Positions 10,989 through 24,100 of a DNA stretch of 45,450 nt are shown in pieces; position 1 is the stretch's first letter; every line of letters begins with the position of its first letter. The position numbers and the translations under genes are program-made. The stretch comes from Seison nebaliae (lineage: Eukaryota). The stretch covers positions 1 through 45,450 of the forward strand of contig JALJEE010002225.1 of NCBI GenBank assembly GCA_023231475.1. The letters run 5' to 3'. Under the pieces are notes generated by a model. The model was not told the DNA's origin, made no database searches, and saw nothing but the letters and a program-made list of their open reading frames with translations.

Positions 10989-13379
10989 TTATAAAATATT
11001 TTTCGAAGATGAGTTTAAATTTGTTAATGGATATTTATTATGGTACCATGGTTGTAATGATGGTTTATTGGGCAACCAATCAGAAGTTGGTCTTAGAGAA
11101 TGATAAAATTTCTTTAAATTACATTGAAATAGAAAAAAAGAAACTGAAAGTCTAACTTGTTTGAACGTTTTTCCTGAACTTTTAGTTATTTGTACATATG
11201 CATAAATAAGAATAACCACAACTGGAGAATAACCAATAAACCATCCTAGTCGAATTGCGGATTTTGGATAATGAAAATCACCATAGAACGGTTCAGTTGA
11301 TAAAATTAGATTACCCAGTAAAATACAAAACAATATAATAGGAACAACGTATTTCCACAAAATTTTCCATACAGATCGATATTTAAATTCTCCGTTGAGC
11401 ATTAGAGCGATATCGTCTAAAAATCGATCTATCCCATATATCCAACAAACGACGACACATTCGATTATACAAATTGCGAAGGCCATTATTGTGGCAATAT
11501 ACCAATCTATTAAAGTATACCAATACATACCAGCTTTCGTTACGAATAGCAGAGCGGTGCAAAAAAACAAGCATCCTGTCAATATAGTTACAATGACTTT
11601 TTGTCTACACAACTTTGGCCACTGATCAAACATACCAGATAATACCGTTTCTAACATACCAAACTAAAAATAATTTTTTGAAACTTATATTTAAATTTTC
11701 ATAAATCTATTTTCAATAACTTGGGTGTCGATACCTAACGTGAGTACAGTGAGGAAGAATAAGAGGACCCAAATATGTGGGAAAGGCAAGGTAGCTAGAG
11801 CTTCGGGAAAGACGACAAACGCTAATGCTGGACCTGTTATATGTACCAATATGATAATATATATGATAAATAATAAAAATAATAACCGTTTGTAGCTACT
11901 TGTTCTATCGGTAAGCCAGTCATAAAGGAAATATGACCGAGAGTAGAAAAAAGAGCTAAGCCGCAACAGAATGCTGTTATTGTAACGACAATAGGAATCA
12001 TCAAGGTATAACTTTTTAATTAATTGTTGTAATTTAATAAGAAGTTTAGAAAGAGAAAATATTAAAGAAACCGAATAATATTCACGTTAAAATTGTTGTA
12101 ACTGGATAACGTAATTAGTCCACCCCAACCAGGTCCTAAGGTAAAAAAAATTTGTGTTGCTGCTTCCAACCATACCTATTTAATACAAATAAAGAACTAT
12201 TTATTCTACAAGTAGAAGAACAAACATTTGGATTCAACATTTTCTTCCATTGTGGAATAATATATTTTTTGGCTCCAATAGACGAACCTTCTAAAGTTAA
12301 ACCCCGGATCATTAGGATCATAATAAAAATGAAAGGTGATGTGGCTGTAAACCATGCAACCTTTAGATATTACTGATATCATAAAGAAATAAAATGAAGA
12401 GGAAACCTTTCCTGATGTTTTTACTCCTTTGATGAGAGCCAAGATGCAAATAACCCAAGAGATAGATAAACAGATTAAAAGACCATATGAAAACCCGGAG
12501 AGATCGTAGACACCACTGGATATTTGAAGTATGCGATAACTTTCAACAATTTTATATAAATCAACTAAAGAAGTAAGATAACTGAAAAAATTCATCACTA
12601 GCAGTTTTTCCAATCCCATGCAATGAATTATTCATCAACGAATTAAAATTTGAAATATTTTGAGTTAACATAATTGAAGTATTTGCAGAACAATAATGTT
12701 CGAGTTCAATAAACGTATTTGATTTATTTAAACCCATCTTATAATTACATTCACTTTCTATTAAATTAATTATATTTGATTTAAGCTTTTTCAAATCCAT
12801 TCGATCTATACATTCTCCACTATTATAACTGTGTCCACATTTGGACCATGGAAGTACCTTGTTGAAGATTTCATAAATGAAAAACAAGGAATAGGCCATA
12901 ATCGCGTTGTAGTAAGTCACACAAAGGGCGGATAGAATAACCATTGTCGTTCCAACACCAGTAGCAATTGGACAAAAACACCAGACAGTAGCCGGACTTT
13001 TACCTGAGAATTGACCGAGACACATTTCTAATGTGAATAGAGGAATGCCCCCGATTGCTAATAAAATAATGTAAGGGATGAGGAATGCACCTCCTCCATT
13101 TCTCACACAAATATATGGAAATCTCCAGAGACAACCAATACCAATGGCAAAGCCAAACGATGATAACAAAAATTCAGAATTACCTTAATTGCATAAAAAT
13201 TATTTTTTTTAAAAATATGAAAAAAAACTGGCCCATTCGTCACGTTTTTTAGTTTCTGGTTTGGATTCATCATCTCGATTTGACGAACAAATTGACGGTG
13301 GTCGAACTTGGAACAAAGTTGATGAAGTTAAATCGGTAAGAATTAAACATTCGTTTTCTAAAACTTTCGATTTCTCCAT
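10989..13379 (-). CDS. SLC6 (neurotransmitter:sodium symporter) family transporter, amino-acid-type, divergent; 9 exons
   Basis: Exons 13379-13229, 13183-12583, 12539-12407, 12360-12226, 12175-12072, 12011-11887, 11833-11721, 11663-11157, 11111-10989 total 1992 nt (663 aa). Motifs: [64 protein letters not shown] and LGIDTQFG. Confidence 0.93.
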
Positions 13380-13989
13380 TATTTGTGGTGTAAGAGGTGG
13401 ATTAAATCGTTTAATTTAAATTTAGAAATGAAATAAATTTAATAAAAGTTGTATGAGCGAAGTTTTGTGTATAAAAAAAATATTCTTACACAAATTTCTT
13501 CACATTAGTTACCTAAACTTATTTTACTAGGTAATAGATAATAATCATTTATTTCTATTGAACATTTATACTTGTGATAAATTAATGAATGACGTTTCTT
13601 TTTATGCTTATTCTATATCTATAAAAAAATCAGCAAAAAACTTTCAGTTGTGAAGATTTTCAACTGATTTTTTAAAGGTTTTTTTAACTAATCAATTTTT
13701 TATAAAGTAATTTTAGGAAATATCGATCCTAGGAAAATATTTTGTATATAGTTAAAAAGAGCTTGAATAGGGCTACAGGATAATGTAAAAACTTTTAAAT
13801 TTTCAAAAATCGGGAATACTCGAGCAATCGAGAATTTGGTTTTTTAATCGAGAATTTTGATGTGCAATAAGAAAATATCAAACATATTTACATAACTGCA
13901 TTTTGTATACGGAGTCTACCAAACGTCCGTCTACCAAATGACCTTGACTCCACGTCTACAGTATAGCATTGGATACGGGAGGAGTCCCG

Positions 13990-14490
13990 ACGCCACAAAT
14001 ATGAGGTATGATCAAGATGTTTGACGGATTTCGCTAATATTACCATATCATCTGCATGAGCGAGCATAGTTTAAGCGAAACAGGAGACTGTCGATTGTGA
14101 CCTGATAAGTGCGAAGACCGATCCTTGTCTGATGCCGTTGTTGATGAAGAAGACATAACCGGACGAATGGCCGAGTAGAACGGAACCATATGAATGGAAG
14201 CAGAGCTGCTGGATGAACGGTATGGCAGTAGATTCCACTCCTTTGGCTGTGAAGCGCTCCAGTGTGGGAGCCATATTCTCCGTGTTGAAGGCCGTAGACG
14301 CATCTAGGAAGAGAGCGACGCCTATCGGTATAAAATAGACAATTGAGTAGTACGAGAAGAAGATGAACGACTCTATCAATAGGACGCCATATCATTTGGA
14401 ACGTTAAAGAGTAAAATGATGTGCGATATTTGGCGAGAATGAGACGTTGGATTAAGCGAAGGAGAAATGAGGAGATAGATATCGTCCTTT
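13990..14490 (-). mobile_element. Decayed non-LTR (LINE) retrotransposon reverse-transcriptase fragment
   Basis: GC-elevated island. The minus strand gives, in order and across frameshifts/stops: RTISISSFLLRLIQRLIL (cf. YRPISLL..KLLE), ALFLDASTAFNT (cf. FLDFSKAFD), INNGIRQGSV (cf. GVRQG), TIDSLLFRLN, and LAHADDMVILAKS (YADD box, 14047-14058). Confidence 0.85.
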
Positions 14491-15197
14491 AGGTCAAAAA
14501 ATATAGTCAACGGTTAAAAAGTTATATTTATCAGTTATAGTCAATTCAAAAATAATTTTTATTTGACTAAACTGGTGTAACGAGTACGATCACGATTTAT
14601 TTAGAACAACTGAATTATAAAATATAAATATGAATGTGAGTTCTTCGACCCTTTCTTCTCAAATGATCTTTTCTTTTATAGTCGTCCCTCGTCACTTTCT
14701 TTACACGATCTTTCTTTTTTCACATACTCTCTTCTCTTTATTTCTTTCGCTTTCTCTTTTCTCATCTTCTTCTTTAGATCCTCTAAGCCACCTCCATTAC
14801 ACTGGTTTGGACAGAAAATTTTAGAAAGAAAATTTAATTTCATTTATTAAAATAAAGAAACACTAATACAAATTAAGTTTATTGTTATTCTCCTCGTAAT
14901 TAATATACACGATTAGTAGATGAAATGTGTATTAATTGTGTATTATTTGAATTAAAAAATTCATCAATGTATATGTTAATCATGAATGATGTAAAATGAA
15001 GATTATGATAATTTGTCACTAGATTAACAGTGAATTATTGGATATTAATAGAATGTTATATACAGGAAACATTGATAAGAAATAATAAAACAATCTGGTG
15101 ATGGGGAATCGAATGTTGAGCAATAAAGAAGAAGAAGTAGGATTAGAAAATCGAAAACTGAAAAAATGATCTAATGAAAATAGAAACAGATGAATCA

Positions 15198-18100
15198 TTA
15201 AGTTCCATTTTGATCATTTCTTATCATGTTCTTACTTGTCGATCTTCGATAATTTTTAGTTTTATCGACATTGATCTGCATTTCTTTCTCAGCATTAGTA
15301 ACTTCACCGGCTAATAATTTTGAGTTGCTACTTTTGCTGATAAGTTTCTTTGATTTATCGGAAGACGTTTCATTTGTTTGAAGTTGCTCTTGTGATGTAG
15401 GAGATGTTGGTATCCACATCGCCTGTTGATTCCCCAGATTGTGAATAATTGCTTTCGTTGTGCGTAAGAGTAACGGATATTCCATATCGGTGTTAAGAAT
15501 CGCTGAAAAAGAACTGCCAAACTCTTGCTCTAAATTTAGCATTTGACGATATTGTTTTCTTGCATCTTCGCTCTTCAATCGATTATTCAACTTCCTTAAA
15601 TTAATTATTCAAATATCAAATTATCAATTCTAAAAATTTGTCTACTAACAAAAGACTTGATACGCTTGTTGGTTTAATATAGATTGAGATGGGGAAGCGC
15701 ATAGCTGCCTGTAATCTACGGATAGCATGTCCACTAACATCGAGTACCGCATGTTTATTCTTTAATCTCAATGAATAAATGATATTATGATATATATATT
15801 AACTTGTTGAATGACATTTTCAACACTCTGTAAACTAGTTCCATAAAGATTTCCTTTAAATTGGCCGGCCTCGATGAAGCATAAGTTTGCTATATCCTCC
15901 TCCATTTTCTCACGACTATTGACAAAATAGTAATCTTTTCCATGAAGTTCATCTTCACGTTTTGGTCTGGTAGTATCTTTATAATTTGATTGTTGAAATG
16001 AAATACGAATTATATTAATGATATTAATTGAATACTAACGAGGGATACATGACCGAAATTTATACGGTTCACTCGCGATTAAATCGTCATTTAGTTGATC
16101 TCTCATTGCACCAAGAATAATTATCGGCTGAATCATACCTGTAAAAAAATGGAATGTTAAACACACCAGATAACAAGAAAATGTTAACATGATTGCTTTG
16201 TCACAATTTCATATGACATAATGGTATTGTCATTTGGATCTAGTTTCATTAAAAGAAATTTAGTGTTGAATTTTTCAAAATTTTTTAACAAAAAAAAACC
16301 TTCAATCTGATTTTTAACTTCATTCGTATTATTCGGTTCGTCCAATAAATTCTGTTGAGATTTTCTTGATAAACTCAAAGTAAAACGAGAGCCAAATGTC
16401 GATTTTTTCGTCTTTGTTTTCGTTTCTTCATCATTTCCATTCGTCTGACAATTGTTGTTATTATTTCCATTCAGATTACCATTCATATTAATAGTATTAC
16501 TATTGTTATTGATGTTGTTGTTAGATTTGTTGTGACCAGATTTAAATCCAACACGTCTTCTTCTTGCCTTCTCTTTTCTTTCTACACGTTGTGCTGATGG
16601 TATAATACCCATGGTTAATGACGAATTTGAGGAAATGGTTGATGCAGATGAGACACTATTGTCATATGAACTATTCCCACCAACTGCCATATTAGCCAAT
16701 TGATTGTCATCTGGAATAACGTTCAATACTCTCTTAGCTTGCCACCATTCAATATCAGCCGCATTAGTAACATGTAAAATATCTCCATAATGGAATGAGA
16801 GACCGCGGCCTGGTATACCGGCATCCTTTCCCGGATCATAATCGAACAATGTTCTAAAAAGTTCATAAGAATCAAATAAAATTTCTTCTCTAATTATACA
16901 AAATTTTAACTTGACATAGAATGATCGTTTTTGTGATGTTTTCAAACTACCCATACTGGCCCATGATACTATTGGTTCAATGATTCTTTCTTTATATTCA
17001 TCGACATCTGTCAAATTAGAAGAAGAAACATTTTTCAATTAACAACGATAATTGATGATTTCAAGGTAAGAAATTAAAGATGTTTGTTTAAAGAAAGATG
17101 TAAGACAATTTTAGAAAACAAAACAAAATTATACTCGATTGGAGAATTTGAATAGAAATGACTTAGGAAATGATGGATCTTATATTATTCATAATCATAA
17201 TAATATTATGAAGATATAACATCAAAAATATGAATTGGAATGATATGCAATCTCTTAAACTATTCATATTTTCGTTGTTCCCATCTATTACTTCCGGCTA
17301 TTCATCATTCGAATAATATCTCTGGACTGGAATGAATATGAAGAAGAGAATTATTTTAATATCACCAGATACCGTCAGATAAAAAAATTCCAATTATTTC
17401 TTAGAGAATGACGGGATTTATTTACAAATAGTGGAAAATATATCAGATGTATGCAACATCTTTTTGGCATTATTAGAAATTAAGATTCTTTATGAATTAT
17501 CATCATTGATTAATCAATCGAAGGAAATATCCTTCAACATTTCAAACCGTACATTTCCTTCCCAATAACGAATGAATCTCATACTTTTAATCAAAAGCGA
17601 AATCAGGACGAGTATGATATGTGATTTGGTCATTAGAAAAGTGTGATACAATATGGTGCGACTGCACATAAAAATACAATAGACACCAATGTTGACCTTA
17701 TATGTGAGAATGAAATATCATCTAAAACTATTAAAAAAAAAGGATTTTACATAATACACATGATAATTGTACAATATAACTATTCATATGTAATAATAAT
17801 TGAATATGAATATTAATTATAGTTAACTTACTCAATTGTCTTTATAATCGAATTAGAAGAAGAAAGAGGAAGATAGTATCATAGTGATTTTATTGGAATA
17901 AAAGAATAATTTAAAAATTTTCTCATTTGAAAAGACAATATTCTTCTAAAATTCATCATCTTCCTGTTGTTTGGCGTCTTATTAAACATTAATTGTTCGA
18001 TTTGAATTCGATCAACACGAGCAAGAAATCAATAGGAACTTCCTGGAAACATTTAGAACTATTTTAATTCTTCACAATTCAGATCAATTAATCAGATAAT

Positions 18101-21100
18101 AGAGTTTATTATGAATAAATTTATGTTACTGTTTCTCTGTTAAACATTTCGATAATTTTTTTCAGAAATACCACACAAAATCAAGACAATAGACACTTGT
18201 TTGAATGAGAAAACACTTGAACTGCAATTTCCTGGTGTAGCAATTGAGGAGATGAAGAGAAAATTATAAGGAAATAATTATTATATGGCAAACGTAATAG
18301 AAGAACTTGAATAATGAAACGAATCACATACAATACATTGCCAAGAAATAAATTGATTTGATTTACTTATTTCCCATTGTGAACTACTGCTATTCATATT
18401 CTCGAACAACGCGAAATTTCTTCCAAACATTTGTTAATTTTGTTCTTCTCCTATTCATAATTATTCAACATTCTATTGACCATTTATTATTTATATATCA
18501 TAAATAAGAAATTAAGACGAACAAATTATGAATATTAACAGAAATAACAAGAAGTTTTTTTTAAAAGAAAATAAATATTTCATAGAATTTCTGAAAATTT
18601 TCTTAAATTGTTGTTCCCAATGAATAATAAGAGTAGTTATTCGCATTATAGACTTCGAATGTATCTGGTATTATATCAAGTTATAAACAGTTATCAATCT
18701 CAATTACTGAAACTTTATACTTTGAAAATGATAGATGAAAGCTCAAGTGCTTATTAAGCTTAACTAGTGGATACAAATTCAGCGGCTATTAAAATTATAA
18801 TGATTCAAATTATGTTAACAGTTGTATAGATACAGAATAACTATTATATAGCTTACTTATGTTAATGCAATTCAAAAAAGATTGTGCAAAGTGAGATTTG
18901 GAAGTAAGATGGGAGGAAATTGTTGAGGTATTATGGTGGATGTTAGACTTTGTATTATTGAGAATGAGTCAGTTATATTGCTAAAAGTCAAAGAAACGAA
19001 TTACTATTCTATTAAAAACGAAACACTATATGAACGAGTGAAGACGAAGAAGAATTTTGGAAATATCATACTTTATTTTCCGTTAGGAAGAGAAAATATT
19101 ATTTTTTATTTACAATCATAGTTTCTTTACATGTGTCATAGCGAGACTTCAATTTATAGAAATATATGATGTGACTAATATATAAATGCTGTGGCTCTTC
19201 ATTTTTTGGTGACATCTAATTCAATCTCTTTTTTCCTTTTACAATGAAAATTTATTTTCTCCGGTTTGCTGTCTTTGTCGAGTTACGACGTCTCTCTTCT
19301 TCTCTTATCGGCCTAGTATTCCATTGGTGTTTCCTTTATACTTGAATTGTCCTTTTATTCAAACTTCCCTTTTAAACTTGAGGGTAGCCCTCTCGCCTTA
19401 CGCAAGTATAACATGATTCTATAAGTGAAGACATTGGATGTCAATTCGAAAGAGCAATTCTGTCCCCTCATATTAAGATGAATTATTTTGCTTTTCAGTC
19501 TTTATACTGTATTAATGACGATGTATAATGATGATAATCATCACCATAATTATGAAAATGAGGATGATAAGCAGGAACTGATGCTTTATATTTATTACAA
19601 AAACATTCATTCTTCAAAATTAACTTTCATTTAATGAATTGATAATTTTCGAATGATAATTTATTCTTTGGTTTTCTCTCGATATAAGACGAAAATAAGA
19701 TGCAACTGATTTATAGTCAACATCGATGAACTATCATTTTTCCACCATCTCATTCTTTTGATGCCAAAGTTATAATAATTAATAATGATATATTTTTCCT
19801 CCATTAAGTCCGTTCTCGATATTATTATGATTATATCATACTATCTTAATACTACATATCTTGTATATTCTCCTTCCTCTCATCGAAGAAATTTATCTTC
19901 CATCAACAACATATTCCTCTTCCACTTACTTATTCCAGTAATTTCTAATGATTATTAGATTAGACAGATAACTGTTACTCATTTGCTTCTCTTTCGACAT
20001 TTGCAGTGACACATTTTTCGAGTAATCTACTTCCAACATTAAATAAACCAGTAAATGTCCATCAATTATATTTATCACCAACCGGCCGACTTATCATTAA
20101 ACTTGATAAACATTCTTATGGAATATTAAGATGATAAATGATAACTACATTTACATATCATCATTCAACGACGATTAAACATTCGAATCGTCTATTACGA
20201 TCGTTCTATAATATCTTTATTTTCGATGATTACATTTTGTTAGTCGTTGTACTCGACTGAAAAAAATATCTAAACTTTTTTTCAATGTGCATTTGTCCGA
20301 TTATTTTATTTGAATACCGTCATACTTCGAGAAGTATTATAATACTATTATATAATACATTTTTTCTTACCTAATCGTCTTAGCAAATATTAATAATATT
20401 AAAATAGTGACGCGTTTCATCTTTTACGAATGGTAACGAATTGTGATTTCTTTGGGTGTTACTTCGATGAAATTAATTTCGATTTGTTAAAGAAATGAAA
20501 TACAATTGAAATTCATTAAGTCAATTGAAAGATGGAGTAGTTGTTAAAGAATAAAAGATAAAAAAAAAGAATTTCACAAAATAAATAATAAACGAGAAAC
20601 AGTATTTTTGTGTTTAGTTTATTTCCTCATCGAAATCGGAAGATGTTTGAATAACACTCATTCTCATTCGACCATCACAACAATTTCCCATTCGGCATTA
20701 ATTGGAATTAAATCCATTAACTAATCAACATTATTTGCAATATGTAGTATTTGTTGAAACGATGAAATGTTTGCCTTCAGATTGATGTTAGATCAATAAC
20801 AAGATTCTCCAACTGCTAAAACATTTCTAAAAGGTACTTAAATATTCTGAAGGAGAATTATCAATTACATCAGATAATAATTATCAGTCAAATAGAAAAT
20901 CCTTCAGAACTCTCTTCTATCTTCCACATCGTCGACGAACAATTTTGGAAATGATATTATACAATTTTTTTCGTCATACTCAATAGACAAATCTTTTCTT
21001 ATATATTTTATTGAAATAACAATTTCTACACGTATTTTCGTCTCTCCCTTCTTGTGCGATAAACGCAATCAAAACTCCGCATAATTATCGTCCGAATTGC

Positions 21101-24100
21101 TTCAGAAGACATCAGACCAAAGCCGAATTATAATAAATGAACAAAATTCATAATCATTACGCAGCATACTAAAAAAGCAATAGAAATAATAAGAAGTATC
21201 AGCTTTCCTTCATTTTTCGTAACAGAATAATAATTATACTTCTTATGTCAACACGAGATAATTAACATGGTGTATGTCAATTGAATAATTCTTGTAAGAT
21301 AATTAATACAATATTAAATGAGTCATTCTCCAGTGTTAGAACGGAGAATGATATGTTTCTATTTATGATCATTTCTTTTTAACCGAATGCCAAATGAATA
21401 AAAAACTTATATGATTATATCGGTAACGATAAATGACACAAATCGATGAATTTCAATATTCTTCTCATTCCCAATCGTCAACCAACGAGTCAACCAATTG
21501 AATATAAGAATGTCTCACAATAATTTATATTCACATATTAATAATTTTCGTTACCATATGGTAACTTTAAGAGATTGTTAGTGAATCATGTGAATTAGGC
21601 TTAAGATCTCTATAGAACGAACGAAAGATGCTAAAAACTAATCTTTCGAATTCTGTACGTGAACCTTCTTCAGAGAAACTGGTTTGATTCATATGTTCTT
21701 GTTGAATAAACCGAGAGATATTGCTAAGTATTGTAAGCTTCATGTGTCTTAAATAGGTATAACCAGTAAGTATAGCAATGATAATAATAAGCTGTTTAAA
21801 AGTTATGGCGATAACTATTAAGAAATAATACTTTCGAATGTAGCAGTCTCAATAAAAATAATCGATAACTCATTATTCGTTAGTTATGGAAGATAACCTG
21901 ACATTTATAAGGAGAATGTAAAATTAACAATAATTATTTTCATAACTAGATATAACGTATTGTTAAATGTTTGCTAGTCAAGAGCGAGATAGAAGAAATT
22001 TGTAAGGAATTTTTTTAGAAAACAATTATTCTTCATTCTAATGCCAAAACTATGGAAAATAATTATAGAAATTTCGATAATTACGAGAGAAAGAAAATAT
22101 TTTACAATCTTACGAAATTCTGCCTTACAATGTCACTAAATACGGGAATTAATTTCAAGCATCTTTTTCCTCATGAACGATGTTGTTCCTACCTAATAGT
22201 TATTCTATTTTTGATGGTCATTATACTCTAACGATATGCCTCCAACATTACCTAGAAGAAATATTGAAGAACAATTAAATTTCGACGGAAATGTATCTGA
22301 TGTACCGAAATGGTTTTTCTGGAAATATCAGTATTTTAAGAGTGCATGAATTATTCAACCTTCTTCCATTGCATACATAGTTAATTCATAAATCGCGACC
22401 CTTCAAATTGCCAAAATTGGCTTTCGACAGCAATGAAGAGAATAGAAACAACAAATATGAATAATACCCTCCAGCATCGATGCAGATGAATAGTAGACGG
22501 AGCGAATGTTTGAAGACAAGTTGAAAGATAATTGAGAAAAATGGAATGGAGTGAAAAGATGGAATAAACGAAGAAGAAAATTAATGTTCCTGCAACATGA
22601 GAAATATTAGGAAATCTTTCTGACATAATTAGGGGAGAATAATCGTACCATAAGTCCATCCTTTGCAGGAATTTTCAGACGAATGTTCACCAAATCAATC
22701 GAATATTATTCGAAGTTATTAGAATTGGACGCGATTAACTGATATTAAAAAGACGAATGAAAGTTGAATACAAACCTTTTCCTTTATGTTCCACGAAAAG
22801 TTTCAGAATTACTGTCATTTCTCCAATAATGTCTTGTATATTAGACGGTGGGATATTAGTTATTTCCTCGCCGTTAATGCGATGAACTTTGTCACCGACA
22901 CTTAAGTTTCCTATTTGGTCGTAAAATTCTGAAGAGAATCGAACGAAATAAAATATCTAACCATCTATGAGGACCATATATTTGTTGCGTAATTTGGATA
23001 TAGAATAACATTTCTTCTTGTCGTCCCAAAACAAAACAAAAGGAAGTTTCGTCGGATGCAAACGACGAAGTTCGACTGATTCCAACATATTATTCTTATT
23101 ACTACTTGCTCTCTCATTATTCATTCTAGTGTCACCGTTAACATTATAGTTGGATGAGAAAGATGTCCTAATAGAAAAAAGGAAGAGAATTTGGATGGAG
23201 ACTTAAGTAATAGAAAAACAAAACTTTTCTTTATTCGAATTCGGTGATGTTAATGATGAGTGATTAGTTTCATCATTTATACTATTCCAATCATTATATG
23301 CGACATCACTAGCTGCACTCATGTTGGGTGATGAAGATGAAGTAACATCATTAGGATTGGAATTATCCTTCTCGTCATGATATATTGTCGGTGTGAATTT
23401 TTGTTTTGGTTCATCGTCTTTTCTTTGTTCGCTGATCATATCTTTCGGATTGGAATCTAATAACATTCCCATTGATCGATGGTGATTCCTTTGCGAAATG
23501 AAATTGTCATTTCCATTGAAATTATTTGATTCAGGGAAAGATGTCGTCATATTATATAGTTGTCGCTGACGATATTCGTCATCATCAACAGCCGCAATTA
23601 ATGTTCCGAGACTCTTGCCGTTCGATTCTCCATCTAATTTCTTTTCCGAATTCAATTTTTTCAAATTATTCTCAACCATCGCTGTACTGATAGTATTGGT
23701 CATGATTGATGTGGAAGTCGATGATGAATTAGCATCAAGTTGACTTAAATAATTGGACGATGGATATTTCATTGGTAATGTTCTTTCATTCGTCTTACTT
23801 ATCGGATTTAAATCATATTGATTATTCACATTATCATTATATAATTGACCTGTCGATTGAGGTGCTGCATTTACCATTTGATTCTGTTGGGGATTATTTA
23901 TCGGTGTTTGAATCGCTGATGTCAAATTATAATCTATTACATCATTGTTCAATGGTATATTTCCATTTAAATAATTTGTATTATTATTATGATTTTTAAT
24001 CATTTCTGCGTTGTTGTTATTGTTGATGTTGGTGTTGTTGTTGGAGAATTTATTATGATGAAGACGAATTGACGACATCCGATTTTTTCCTATTAGTAGC

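Noticed and set aside
17832..17839. Possible 8-nt DLG micro-exon (AAG|ACAATTGA|GTAAGT on the minus strand)
   Set aside because: It would introduce an immediate stop; cannot be distinguished from chance without transcripts.
19260..19410. Slightly GC-richer intronic patch with the small palindrome agggtagccct
   Set aside because: No recognisable ncRNA boxes, extended stem or ORF.
22381..22659. 92-aa hydrophobic ORF inside a DLG intron
   Set aside because: No recognisable family; its acceptor phase does not fit the DLG donor; hydrophobicity is expected from T-rich sequence.
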